Of a DNA stretch of 64,000 nt, positions 22,194 through 32,700 are shown piece after piece; positions within the stretch are counted from its first letter, which is position 1, and each line of letters begins with the position of its first letter. Location of the stretch: contig CAWGJT010000005.1 of assembly GCA_963822965.1 (NCBI GenBank), forward strand, positions 672,001 through 736,000. The letters are read 5' to 3'. A program made the translations under genes and the position numbers. A model generated the notes under the pieces. It was given only the letters and a program-made list of their open reading frames with translations. It made no database searches and had not been told where the DNA came from. The stretch comes from an uncultured delta proteobacterium. Its GTDB lineage: Bacteria; Myxococcota_A; UBA9160; UBA4427.

Positions 22194-22619
22194 ATGTCCC
22201 GAGCCTCTAGCTTCCTTGCCGCCCTGCTGCTGGCCCTCGTCACGCTCCTCCCCGGGGCGGCGAGCGCCCGGGATCTCGACTGGTCGAGCGTCGCCGACGT
22301 GAAGGTCATCGAGGTCCTCACCCACGACGAGGACGGCGACCTGCGCGAGACGAAGGTCTGGTTCGTCCTGATCGACGGGGTCCCCTACCTGCGGACGAAC
22401 GGCTCCCGCTGGCTCGAGAACATCCGCCGCGATCCCGACGTCACGATCCGGATCGGCGACGACAGCTATCCCCAGCGGGCGCACGAGGTCACCAGCCCCG
22501 AGATGATCGAGCGGGTCGACGCGGCGACGCGGGAGAAGTACGGCTTCCAGGAGGCCTTCATCCACGTGTTCCGCATCCACGACCCCCAGATCCTGGAGCT
22601 GTCGCCGGCCGTGCCCTGA
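22194..22619 (+). CDS. Exported split-barrel (DUF2255/PNPOx-like) protein
   Basis: Sec signal peptide (ASA-R), T.VWFV, W..NI..DP.V.I and REKYG. Confidence 0.6.
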   Translation: MSRASSFLAALLLALVTLLPGAASARDLDWSSVADVKVIEVLTHDEDGDLRETKVWFVLIDGVPYLRTNGSRWLENIRRDPDVTIRIGDDSYPQRAHEVTSPEMIERVDAATREKYGFQEAFIHVFRIHDPQILELSPAVP

Positions 22620-22749
22620 GCCGCCGGCCAGGGGTGCCCGTCGGGACTGCAGGATTCCAGTGGGACTGGAATCCACCGCGAGTCTTCGCCTCTTCCCGCC
22701 GGGGTTCCGGCTGGGCAACACGGACGCGCCTCCGCCGCAGCGGGTGGGT

Positions 22750-22776
22750 TCAGATCCCCGGCCCTGCTGTCGATAC
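22750..22776 (+). promoter_or_regulatory. Sigma28/FliA-like promoter candidate
   Basis: TCAG-N15-GTCGATAC, about 45 bp upstream of the 22822 CDS. Confidence 0.4.
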
Positions 22777-22821
22777 GGGTCTCAGCCGTCGGGAGGGGTC
22801 CGGCGGAGGAGGAGGCCGAAG

Positions 22822-23385
22822 TTGCACGAGCTTCTGGACGTCAGACCCTGGCCGCGGATCCTGTTGCGATACCCCTTGCTCATCCTGACGGCCTTTCTCC
22901 TGGGCGGCATCGTCGCCTTCGCGTACTCCTACGCGCCGCTCCACCGCGCCAAGGACTGGAAGATCGGATACCTCGAGGAACGTCTCGCGAGCCGCAACGC
23001 CCACGTGCAGGAGCTGGAGACGGCCCTGCAGGAGGCGAAGAGCTCCCTCGAGGGCCAGCCGTCGAACGACGACCTGAAGACCCTCGAGTCGCGACTCGCC
23101 GAGGCGAATCGCCTGGCGAAGACGCACGAGAAGCAGATCGGCGAGCTCGAGGCGAAGCTCGCGAGTGCGACCCGCAGCCGCGATTCGTGGAAGAGCCGTC
23201 ACGCGTCGACCCTCGCGGAGCTCGAGCGTCTCAAGTCGACCGCCGGCGGGTCGCCGGCGCCCTCCGTCGCCGCGACACCCCGCGGCGACACGGTCGATGC
23301 GGACCCGGGCCCCGCGGATGCACTCGACCCGGCCTTGCCGGCGTCTCCGGCATCCGAGGCTCCGAACGCACCCGGACCGATCTGA
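22822..23385 (+). CDS. Single-TM coiled-coil protein of unknown function
   Basis: GGAGGAGGAGG RBS before TTG, one TM helix, about 95 aa of heptad-like sequence, Pro/Ala-rich tail. Confidence 0.7.
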   Translation: MHELLDVRPWPRILLRYPLLILTAFLLGGIVAFAYSYAPLHRAKDWKIGYLEERLASRNAHVQELETALQEAKSSLEGQPSNDDLKTLESRLAEANRLAKTHEKQIGELEAKLASATRSRDSWKSRHASTLAELERLKSTAGGSPAPSVAATPRGDTVDADPGPADALDPALPASPASEAPNAPGPI

Positions 23386-23474
23386 GCGGCGCTCCCGCTC
23401 TACACGAGGGGCGGTCACCCCGCCCGTCGTCGCGCCACTCTCCTCGAGCCCGGGGCTCCCGCACGTCTTCCGGA

Positions 23475-23502
23475 TCAAGCCCGCCGCGCGTCCATCCGAT
23501 CT
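23475..23502 (+). promoter_or_regulatory. Sigma28/FliA-like promoter candidate
   Basis: TCAA-N16-TCCGATCT, about 48 bp upstream of the 7-TM gene. Confidence 0.4.
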
Positions 23503-23550
23503 CACCCGGACGGGGGCAAATGGGTCTCCGCAAGAAAAGGGGAGCGGCGG

Positions 23551-24312
23551 ATGCAGCTCATCGCAGCACTCGGTGGCCTCGCCTTCATCGTCTCGAGCCT
23601 GGTCACCGGCGCGAGGCTGCTGGGGGTCGCCCGGCGCACGCGCGAGCTGCCGGAGTTCGTGCTGGGCTTCGGCCTCTTCCTGATGGGCGGCCTCGGCTAT
23701 CCGCTGACGCTGCTCGGTGAGTTCGGGGCCTTCCTGCCGAACGACGCCCGCGCGGGCCTGATCGCCGCAAACCAGGCCTGCACCGTCGTGGGCATCACCC
23801 TCTTCTCCTTCTTCACGGCCCGGGTCTTCCGCCCGCACAGCACCCTGGCGCGGGTCTACGTGGTTGCGGCCGGAGCGGCCTTCTGCCTGATCTTCGTGCA
23901 CCGCGCCGTGACCCTCGGCTTCGCGCCGCTCTCCCAGGGCGGACAGAGCCAGCCGATCCCCCACGTCATCCTCACCGTCCTGAGCCTCGGCTGGGCCGGT
24001 ATCGAGTCCCTGCTCTACTACGGGCTGTTGCGAAAGCGCCTCCGGCTCGGGCTGGCGGATCCCGTGCTGGTGGATCGAATGCGACTGTGGGCCGTCGGGA
24101 TGCTGTGCGCGATGCTGCTGACCGGGATCTCCGGCGTCCTCAACGCGCTGCACATCCCCTTCAACGAGACCACGGCCGGGGTCCTCACCGTGGGCGTCAT
24201 GGGCTCGGTGTCGGCGGGCAGCATCTGGCTCGCCTTCTTCCCGCCGGCCGTCTACGTGCGACGCGTGCGATCGCGCGCCGCCGGCGAGGTCCCCAGCGAA
24301 GCGATCGGCTGA
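23551..24312 (+). CDS. Uncharacterised 7-TM membrane protein (paralog A)
   Basis: Seven hydrophobic segments. Shares ARRTxELPE, RxRxRLGLADPV and LAFxPPxxYVR with 46493..47245. Confidence 0.85.
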   Translation: MQLIAALGGLAFIVSSLVTGARLLGVARRTRELPEFVLGFGLFLMGGLGYPLTLLGEFGAFLPNDARAGLIAANQACTVVGITLFSFFTARVFRPHSTLARVYVVAAGAAFCLIFVHRAVTLGFAPLSQGGQSQPIPHVILTVLSLGWAGIESLLYYGLLRKRLRLGLADPVLVDRMRLWAVGMLCAMLLTGISGVLNALHIPFNETTAGVLTVGVMGSVSAGSIWLAFFPPAVYVRRVRSRAAGEVPSEAIG

Positions 24313-24706
24313 TCGCCGCCGCATCGTCCTGGCTCGAGCCACGAAGACGCCTTCGCGGAGCGACCGTGCGACGAGCGCTGGGGGATCCGCGGGGAGCGGA
24401 TCGACCGCGCGGCGCGCCAGCCCCGATCCGTGCCGCGAGCCGACCCGAGTCACCCGGCTAGCCACAATGCGTCATTCAGTGTGCTTCCCTGCGGCCGCAG
24501 ACCCTGCCAGGCCTCGCGGATCGTGCGAGAACGGCGGAGCCAGCCCGAGCGCGGCAACCTCACTCCCATGAGGTCCTGGCGTCTGGCTCGGATTGCGGCA
24601 CGGACCGAGCAAGACGCAGCGATTCGGCAGGCATTGGGAGTTGCGCCCTGACCCGCATGACGGATCAGGGCTAGCCTCCCGCGAAGCGTCGAAGAGGAGG
24701 ACACCG

Positions 24707-25255
24707 ATGCCCCGATCCACGACCTCCCTGCCTCTCGATCCCGGCCCGACCCGGCCGCTGACCCGCCGTGCATTCGTGACGGGCACCGCCGCCCTCGGCG
24801 TCTGGCTGGCGCTGCCGCGCCGGGCTCGCGCCGACGGGCTGGCGGCGGCACGCGAGGCCGCCGCCACGAGCCCGCTGATCTACGTGTCTCCCCTCAAGAC
24901 GGACGGCTCCGAGAGCCGTTGTCACGCGGAGGTGTGGTTCGTGCGGGACGGCGGCGACCTGCTGGTGGTGAGCGAGGCCACCTGCTGGCGGGCCGTCGCG
25001 ATCTCGCAGGGTCTCGACCGCGCGCGCATCTGGGTAGGCGACTTCGGCGTCTGGAAGCGCTCGCAGGGCGCCTTCCGGAAGGCGCCGAGCTACGTGGCTC
25101 GCGGCGCCCTGGACCGCGACCCGACGGCGCGGGCCCGGGCGCTGGAAGCGTACGGCCGCAAGTACCCCGACGAGTGGGACAAGTGGGGGCCGCGCTTCGA
25201 GAAGGGTCTCGCGTCCGGCGATCGCGTGCTCATCCGCTACGCGCCGGCGGCGTAG
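24707..25255 (+). CDS. Tat-exported split-barrel (PNPOx-like) protein
   Basis: GAGGAGG RBS, twin-arginine TRRAFV signal with ARA-D cleavage site, EVWFV and RKYP. Confidence 0.65.
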   Translation: MPRSTTSLPLDPGPTRPLTRRAFVTGTAALGVWLALPRRARADGLAAAREAAATSPLIYVSPLKTDGSESRCHAEVWFVRDGGDLLVVSEATCWRAVAISQGLDRARIWVGDFGVWKRSQGAFRKAPSYVARGALDRDPTARARALEAYGRKYPDEWDKWGPRFEKGLASGDRVLIRYAPAA

Positions 25256-26060
25256 CCCCGGCTTCCGGCGCCGGCAGCAGCCGGTGCGCCATCCAGCGCG
25301 CGTAGAGGCCCGGCGCCCATCGCGACGTCCACCACGACGCGTGTGCCAGCGGCGACACCAGCAGGCGTCGACGCCGGCGTGCGGCCGCGCGGAAGACGGC
25401 GTCGGCCACGCGCTCCGGAGCGAGCGCGCGACCGGTGGTGGTACGCTCGCCCTGCCGGACCGGGCCGCCGTCCCCCGCCAGGGCGTGGTCACCGATGGCG
25501 GTCCGGACGAAGGCGGGACACACCATCAGGACCCCCACGCCCAGGGGCTGCCACTCGGCGCGCAACGATTCGAAGAGGCCGTGGAGCGCGTGCTTGCTGG
25601 CCGCGTAGCCGGCCCGACCGGCCAGGGGGGCGAAGCCTGCCACGCTGGAGACCACCACGACCAGGCCGCGCCGCTCGACCAGGGCCGGCAGGGCCGCGTG
25701 GGTGCAGTGGACGGCGCCGAAGTAATTCACCTCCATCACCCGGCGCAGGACGGCGGGGTCGGTCTCGGCGAAGCGGCTCAGGTGGGTGATGCCCGCGTTG
25801 TTGACGAGGACGTCGAGACCACCCAGTCGGCTGCACGCCTCCTGGACCGCGGCGCGCGTCGCCGCCTGGTCCGTCACGTCGCAGCACAGCGCCTCCGCAC
25901 CCAGACCCGCGGCCACGGCCTCGAGGGGCGCGCGATCGCGATCGAGGAGCGCCAGACGGGCGCCGTCTCGCGCGAAGCGGCGGGCGAGAGCGGCGCCGAT
26001 CCCGCTGGCGGCGCCGGTCACCAGCACCCGTCGATCGCGCTCCGCGCGGGACCGACTCAC
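25230..26060 (-). CDS. SDR-family oxidoreductase
   Basis: TGAASGIG, NNAG and YAASK. Confidence 0.92.
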   Translation of the reverse strand: MSRSRAERDRRVLVTGAASGIGAALARRFARDGARLALLDRDRAPLEAVAAGLGAEALCCDVTDQAATRAAVQEACSRLGGLDVLVNNAGITHLSRFAETDPAVLRRVMEVNYFGAVHCTHAALPALVERRGLVVVVSSVAGFAPLAGRAGYAASKHALHGLFESLRAEWQPLGVGVLMVCPAFVRTAIGDHALAGDGGPVRQGERTTTGRALAPERVADAVFRAAARRRRRLLVSPLAHASWWTSRWAPGLYARWMAHRLLPAPEAGATPPARSG

Positions 26061-27787
26061 CCCGAGCCCGGAACCACGGGCGACTCCAGGGCCGCCATCC
26101 GGTATCCCCCGATCATCGCCAGGGCGACGCTGCCCGGGCTGATGGGCTCGGGGTCGGTCATGACGTTGATGCAGGCAGGACGCCCGGATTCGAACGCTTC
26201 GGCGAGGGCCGGGACGATGTCTTCGGGCCGCTCGACCTCGAGGCCGCAGCCGCCCAGAGCCGACACCAGCAGGTGGTACGGAACGCGGCCGATCTCGGAG
26301 CCCTCGTCGATGGAGTGGCCGAGCTTCATGCGCTGGCTGTGGCGGATCATCCCCCAACCCAGGTCGTTGGAGATGACGCTGACGAAGGGGATCCGCTTGC
26401 GGACCGCCGTCTGGTACTCCATGAAGTTGAAGCCGACGGATCCGTCGCCCGTCACCAGGCAGACGCGGCGGTCGGGATGGCGCAGCTTGGCGGCGGCCGC
26501 GTACGGAAGCCCCACGCCCAGGCAGCCGTAGAGACCCGAATCCAGATAGGTGCCCGCGCGGCGCACGGTGCGGGTCATGCCCATCCACACCTGGGTGTCG
26601 CCGCCGTCCGCGACCACGATGTCGTCGTCGCGGTCCATGAAGGCGTCCACCGCGGCCGCCAGGCGCATGGGGTGGATGGGCACGGCCGCGCTCTCCCACT
26701 GGGGGGCGGCCCCGGCGCGCGCCTCGCCCTCCTTCTTCTTCAGGAAGGCCACCCACTCGCTGAAGCGCGCTGGAAGACCGGCGTCGGCGCCCTCCGCGTC
26801 GAGAACGCGGTTGCATTCCTCGAGCAGCGAGCGGATGTCGCTCACGACGGGCAGGTCCACCGAGCGGTTCCGGCCGATCTCCTCGGCCTCCGTGTCCACC
26901 TGCACGATCCGCGCGTCCCGCGCGAAGAGGTCGCCGAACGCGTAGTAGAGGCTGATGCGATTGCCGAGCATCACCAGCAGGTCGGCCCCCGAGTCCGCCG
27001 CCGATCCGGCGCCGGGCCGCAGCGGCAACGACGACTCGAAGCAGAGCGGGTGCGTGTCGGAGACGAGCCCTCGGCCCAGGGTCGACGTGAAGACCGGAAT
27101 CCCGGTGCGCTCCACCAGCCGCACGAGGGCATCGCCCGCGTCGGAGTAGTAGGCACCGCTGCCGGCGATCAGCACCGGACGCTCGGCCCCGCACAGCCAC
27201 TCGATCAGGGTGCGGGCACGCCCGACGTCCACGTGCCGGGCCTCCACCAGGGTGCACGTGTGCTTCACGCACGCCTCGTCCACCTCGCTGGCGAGGACGT
27301 CCACCGGAAGCTCGAGATAGACGGGTCCCGGACGCCCGCTCATGGCGGCGCGGTACGCCAGGTCCACGAACTCGGGAATGCGCTCCGGGGTGTGGCAGAC
27401 CAGCGCCTTCTTCACCATCGGCTCGATCACCGGCAGCTGGCGCATGTCCTGCAGGTCGAGCTTCTCCGCCGCGCCCACCCCCACGACGCCCGAGATCAGC
27501 AGCAGCGGCGAGTTGGCGAGCCGCGCATTGGCGACGGCCGACAGGGCGTTGGTGAAGCCCGGCCCCGCGGTCACCAACGCGACGCCCGGGCGCCGGCCGA
27601 GCCGCCCCCAGGCTTCGGCCATGAAGACCGCCGCCTGCTCGTGGCGCGTGGTGAAGAGCTCGATCGGGGAGGATTCCAGGTGGAGATAGATGGGGTTGAT
27701 GTGGCCGCCCGAGACGCTGAAGACCTTCTCGACCCCGCGCTGCTCCAGCGCCTCCACCACCAGCCGGCCACCGCTCACGCCTGCCAT
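26057..27787 (-). CDS. Thiamine-diphosphate-dependent enzyme (acetolactate-synthase-like / 2-hydroxyacyl-CoA lyase-like)
   Basis: RHEQAA, TAGPG.TN, GRPGPVYLE and the GDGS..F...N TPP-binding motif. Confidence 0.9.
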   Translation of the reverse strand: MAGVSGGRLVVEALEQRGVEKVFSVSGGHINPIYLHLESSPIELFTTRHEQAAVFMAEAWGRLGRRPGVALVTAGPGFTNALSAVANARLANSPLLLISGVVGVGAAEKLDLQDMRQLPVIEPMVKKALVCHTPERIPEFVDLAYRAAMSGRPGPVYLELPVDVLASEVDEACVKHTCTLVEARHVDVGRARTLIEWLCGAERPVLIAGSGAYYSDAGDALVRLVERTGIPVFTSTLGRGLVSDTHPLCFESSLPLRPGAGSAADSGADLLVMLGNRISLYYAFGDLFARDARIVQVDTEAEEIGRNRSVDLPVVSDIRSLLEECNRVLDAEGADAGLPARFSEWVAFLKKKEGEARAGAAPQWESAAVPIHPMRLAAAVDAFMDRDDDIVVADGGDTQVWMGMTRTVRRAGTYLDSGLYGCLGVGLPYAAAAKLRHPDRRVCLVTGDGSVGFNFMEYQTAVRKRIPFVSVISNDLGWGMIRHSQRMKLGHSIDEGSEIGRVPYHLLVSALGGCGLEVERPEDIVPALAEAFESGRPACINVMTDPEPISPGSVALAMIGGYRMAALESPVVPGSG

Positions 27788-27815
27788 CGCAGCCTCCTTC
27801 CTCCTCGCGCCACCG

Positions 27816-28662
27816 TCAACGCGAGTAGCCGCCGGTCACGGCGATCGCCTGACCGACGACGTAGTCCGAGCGCGGAGACGCCAGGAAGACGCACACCTGC
27901 GCCACGTCCTCGGGCGTCTCGAAGCGCCCACTCGGGATCTTCTTCAGCAGCTCGGCGCGGATCTCGTCCACCGACAGGCCCTGGAGCCCCGCCAGGAATC
28001 CGTACTGCTCGAAGCCGAGGTCGGTGTCGACGAGGCCCGGGCAGATGGCGTTGACCTGGATGTCGAAGGGCGCGAGCTCGGCACCGAGCACCTGGGTGAG
28101 TCCGACCAACGCGTGCTTGCTGGCGGCGTAGGCGCCGTAACGCGCCCCCGACTGGAGACCGGCCATGGACGCCATCATCACCACCTTGCCGCCACCCCGG
28201 GCCCGGAGGTGCGGAAGCGCCGCCTGGGTGCACAGGAAGGGGCCCTTCGCATTCACGGCCATGGTCTTGTCCCAGGCCGCCTCGCTGATGATCGGGAGAT
28301 CGCCGACGCCCACCGCGCAGCCGGCGTTGTTGACCAGGATGTCCAGGCCGCCGAAGCGGGAGACGGTCTCGCTGGACGAGCGCTTCCACCGACGCCTTGT
28401 CGGTCACGTCGCAGCGCACGGGGTGGGCGCACCCGCCCGCGGCCCGGATCGCGGAGGCGGCGCGATCCAGATCGTCCCACGTCCCGACACCGTGGAGCGC
28501 GATCTCCGGCTCGAACGGCCGGCACACGTCCGAGACCACCACCGCGGCGCCTTCCGCCGCCAGGGCCGCAGCGCACGCGCGGCCGATTCCGCGCGGTCGG
28601 CCGCAGCCCGTGACGATCGCCACCTTGCCGTCCAGCTCGCCCACGCCCGGTGTCCCTCGCAT
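27816..28662 (-). CDS. SDR-family oxidoreductase with a +1 frameshift near 28374
   Basis: LDGKVAIVTGCG..RGIG in one frame; FGGLDILVNNAG, YAASK and VNAICPG in the next. Alternative GTG start at 28644. Confidence 0.85.
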
Positions 28663-28684
28663 CCGACTCCCCCTTCCCGGCAAC

Positions 28685-28700
28685 GCAAGGGGCGTGCCGC
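28685..28700 (-). promoter_or_regulatory. Sigma54 (-24/-12) promoter candidate for the SDR-TPP-SDR operon
   Basis: Minus strand reads GCGGCACG-CCCC-TTGC, an exact GG-N10-GC spacing, about 22 bp upstream of the ATG. Confidence 0.55.
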
Positions 28701-28889
28701 GTGGGGCTCGCCACGAGCGACGTGCCGCGCTGGGCGCGGGGCGACCTGCCCCAGAGGCCTTCGAGCTGGGGCAGGCCGGGTACCCGCCCGAAGCGGCCGC
28801 GGCCCCTTCCGTGCCCTCGCCTCCCCTCAATGGGGGAGGCCGGCAATCGACACCTCGAGCCCGGTCTGGACCACAATCCTCCTGACGCC

Positions 28890-29729
28890 ATGACCTGCTC
28901 TTCCAAACCTTCCGTCGGACACGCACCGGGCCCGTGGTCGAGATTCCGGCCGCTGGGCCTCGCCCTCGCGCTCGCGCTGATGGCGCCCACGGCCGAGGCT
29001 CTGCTGATCGCGCCGTTCGGCCCGAACGGCGAGGGGGGCGACGTGAACGGCCAGCTCTTCGCCCTGGGCGGAGGGGGTCGCGTGCACGAGCTGGACGCCT
29101 TCGTCGCGCTGGCGGGCCAGGACCTGAACGGCGCGACCTCGGGGGTGGCGGCCCGGCTCTCTCAGGACGCGCCGCCGGCAGACCTCGGCTACGCGTTCGA
29201 CGCGGTGCTCTTCGGCACGGGCGGCGTCCGGCTGCGCTACGAGCTCTCGAACCAGGGCGCGACCCCGCTGCCCGCCCTCACCTTCCTGTCCTTCCTCGAC
29301 GCCGAGATCGTCGAGACCGACAACACCTTCTTCGACGAATTCGCCGCGGTGAGCGGTGCGCCGGCCCCCGGCCAGAGCTTCGAGGTGGACGAGCCGGGCT
29401 TCGTCTCCGGCGACCTCTTCGACCACCTGCTGCTGGCGATGCTGGACGACACCAACGCGCGCACGGCCGCGAGCCCGGACGACGTGGCCATGGCGTTGGG
29501 ATTCTCTCTGGGAGTGCTGCAGCCGGGCGCGGCCGCCGTGATCGACATCGTGATCTCCGAGGCGGGAGATTCCCTGAGCGGCGTCCGGATCGACCAGTTC
29601 GATCCGAGCGACGCCACGGTCATCACCTATTCGGGGGAAGCGGCGCGGGTCCCGGAGCCGGCAACCTCCGCGCTGCTGGGGTTGGGCCTCGCGGTGGCGC
29701 TGGCAGCGAGGCGACCCACCCGGCGCTGA
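28890..29729 (+). CDS. PEP-CTERM sorting-domain protein
   Basis: Signal peptide (AEA-L) and C-terminal VPEPATSALLGLGLAVALAARRPTRR. Confidence 0.88.
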   Translation: MTCSSKPSVGHAPGPWSRFRPLGLALALALMAPTAEALLIAPFGPNGEGGDVNGQLFALGGGGRVHELDAFVALAGQDLNGATSGVAARLSQDAPPADLGYAFDAVLFGTGGVRLRYELSNQGATPLPALTFLSFLDAEIVETDNTFFDEFAAVSGAPAPGQSFEVDEPGFVSGDLFDHLLLAMLDDTNARTAASPDDVAMALGFSLGVLQPGAAAVIDIVISEAGDSLSGVRIDQFDPSDATVITYSGEAARVPEPATSALLGLGLAVALAARRPTRR

Positions 29730-29761
29730 CCACCGGGGACCGCCGGCGCAGAGGAGGACCG

Positions 29762-32700
29762 ATGGGAGCGAGTCGCCGCCCCTCGCCCCTGCTCGCCGCG
29801 GCCGTGCTCGCGGCCCTCGGACTCCTGGCCTCGCCGTCCGTGCAGGCCCAGCAGGAGGAGATCTTCTGGGACGGGAGCGACGTGCCGGACGGGATCTTCT
29901 ACGAGCTGGTCGGACCCGCCGCCTTCTCCTCGACCTACAACCCGCGGATGGCCATCGGCCGACAGGACTGCCGGCTCGGCTACACCTCGGGCTCCGCGCC
30001 GCCGGGCCCGAAGGCTGCGAGCTTCCCGGTGGAGTACGGCGCGCCGCCCGTCTGGAAGAGCTACGACATCGACCTCTCCCGCTACTCGGGACAGGCCATC
30101 GCCGTCCGCTTCGGCTTCGACACCATCGACGGCTTCTTCAACCGGCACGAAGGGGTCTTCGTCGACGACATCGAGATCGGACCGCTCGCCCACCCCGTCG
30201 ATCCCAGCGACCCGGACTCCACCCTGTTCGTCAACGGCGCCGAGACCGACGTCGAGCGCGCGTGGATGCTGGCCTGGAACACCAACGGGGTGGAGCCCGG
30301 CTGGCACCCCACCACGCGCCGCCACGCGGGAGGGGGGTGGAGCTGGTGGTACGGCGACGAGCTGACGGGCACCTACGAGGGACAGCCCGATCCCACACCG
30401 GGGAACGACGACCTGCCGCCCCTGGGCTACAACCCGGGCTTCGAGGACGACGGCTGCAACGACGCACCCAGCGCGGGCGTGCTGCTCACGCCGGTGCTCG
30501 AGATGGGCGAGAGCCCGCACCTGCGATTCAGCGCGCTCTGGGACACCGAGAGCGTTCTCGCCGCCTTCGACAACCTCGTGATCCAGATCGCGCGCGACAC
30601 GGACAAGGACGGCCTGCTGGACGTGTGGGAGGTGCGCGGCCTCGACCTGAACCTCGACGGCCAGCCCGACGTCCGGCTGACCGACCTGCACCCGGTGCCG
30701 CCGGACCGCAACCACAAGGACGTGTATGTGGAGATCGACTGCATGCCGGGACGCTGTCCCGCGCAGGCGGTGATCGACCAGGCCGCCGAGGTGATGCGCG
30801 GAATGCCGCTCCTGAGCCCCGACCAGGGCTTCGGCATCGAGCTCCACGCCTACCAGAGCGACACCGCCCTGCCCGTCCAGCCCCTGACCCAGCTCGACGG
30901 GCCCACCTTCCGACGATCTGAAGGAGACCTACTTCCGCGACTATCTGCGCTGCTGCGTGCACTACTCGGTGTGGGGCATCCAGGCGGGCGAGATCCTCAC
31001 CTCGGACGTCGATCCTCCCCTCATCCCCTCCAGCGCGGTGGGCGTCGCCGTTCGACCGGGGGTCGACCTCCTCGTCACCCACAGCCCCGCCACCGTGGTG
31101 GGCACCCCGAAGCAGCAGGCCGCGACCCTCCTGCACGAGCTCGGGCACAACTGGAACCTGGATCACGGCGGGAACGAGGAGCGCAACCACAAGCCCCACT
31201 ACCTGAGCCTGATGAACTACCTGTACAGCGACGACGGTGTCCCCACCGCCGAGCTGGGCGACCCCGTCCTGCGCTTCTCCTACGAGACCCTGGGGCCCAT
31301 CGTGGAGCGCAACCTGCTGGAGAAGCCGCCGGTGCCCGGCGTCTTCGGGCCGGTGCCCGGCGGGCAGAACGTGACGCCCTACGCATTCCTGTGGATCTGC
31401 CCCGACCGCAAGGCGCGATCCGTTGGCTGGGACTTCCAGCTCAGCCTGGACATCGGTGTGAACTGGAACTGTACGCCGCTCGGGCCCGACCAGACCGTCG
31501 CGGACCTGATGTCCGACGGCCCGGTGCAGTCGGACGTGAACGGTGACGGGCGCAAGACCCGACTCGACGGCAGCAACGACCTGACCCGGATCGATCTCGT
31601 CTTCGGAGACACGACGGGATTCGTGGCGGCGAAGGTGCCGGACACCCCGGACGCCCTCCTTCCGGAGGAGATGTCGGCTCCGGAGCGGCGGCGGCTGCGC
31701 GGCGAGCCCGATGCGGACCGCAAGCGCCCCCGGGTCACCGTGACGTCGGGACTCGTCGGCGCCGGCGGCAACCCCGCCGTGCGCCTGGACCTGGAGGACC
31801 CTGCGGCGTCGGACGGCTCCGAACGCAGCGGCCTGCGCGCGGTGGAGGTGGAAGGCGACAACGTCGAGCCCGAGCTCCGGCGCTATCCCGAGCTGCCGCC
31901 CACCTGGGTGGAGAGCCTCGAGATCGAGTCCAACGACGGCGCCGAGCCCGTCTTCGTGGCCTTCGTACGCGACGTGGCGGGGAACGTCACGCGCGTGCAG
32001 GTGCCGCCGGTCGTGGACGAGACGCCACCGGTCTGCAGCCTCGGCGCGGTGGACCCGGCCTCGGGCGCCTTCGAGGTGTGGGTCTCCGACGCGGGCGAGA
32101 TCGCGGCTGCGCTGGCCATCCAGCGCACCAACGCCACCGCCACCGGCAGCGGCGGCGACAGCATCGAGACACTGCTGGAGTACACGAAGGACGACCCGGC
32201 CCTGCCGGCCCAGGTGACCCTGCAGGTGGACGACCTCGCCGGCAACCGCAGCGTCTGCACCGTCTCCCCGGACGACGCGCGGGACGGCGACGGCGACGGC
32301 GTGCTCGACGGTCTCGACGTCTGTCCCGACGTCTCGGACCCGGGCCAGGCGGACGCCGACGGCGACGGGGTGGGGGACGCCTGCGCCGGCGTGGACCTGC
32401 CCGACCTGACCGGGCTCGGCGAAGCCGCGGCCGACGCGGCGCTCCAGACGCTGGGGCTCCGGGTGGGGGACCTGGCCTTCGCATCCCGCCCGGAGATTCC
32501 AGCGGGCGCGGTCGTCGCGCAGCGTCCCGCAGCGGGCGAGCTGGCGCCGCAGGGCGCCCCCGTCGATCTGGTGCTCTCGACGGGAGCGCCGCAGGTGGAG
32601 GTGCCGGACCTGGCGGGGCACGACCGCGCCGCCGCGCTGCTGGCCATCGAGGAAGCCGGACTCGTCGCCGGCAGCGTAATCGACGCCCACGATCCCGCGG

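Noticed and set aside
23551..24312. 7-TM proteins as microbial rhodopsins
   Set aside because: Neither paralog has a Lys in TM7 or recognisable retinal-pocket motifs.
24646..24670. Hairpin CCCTGACCCG-catga-CGGATCAGGG as a terminator or riboswitch
   Set aside because: No U-tract on either strand and no recognisable aptamer motifs.
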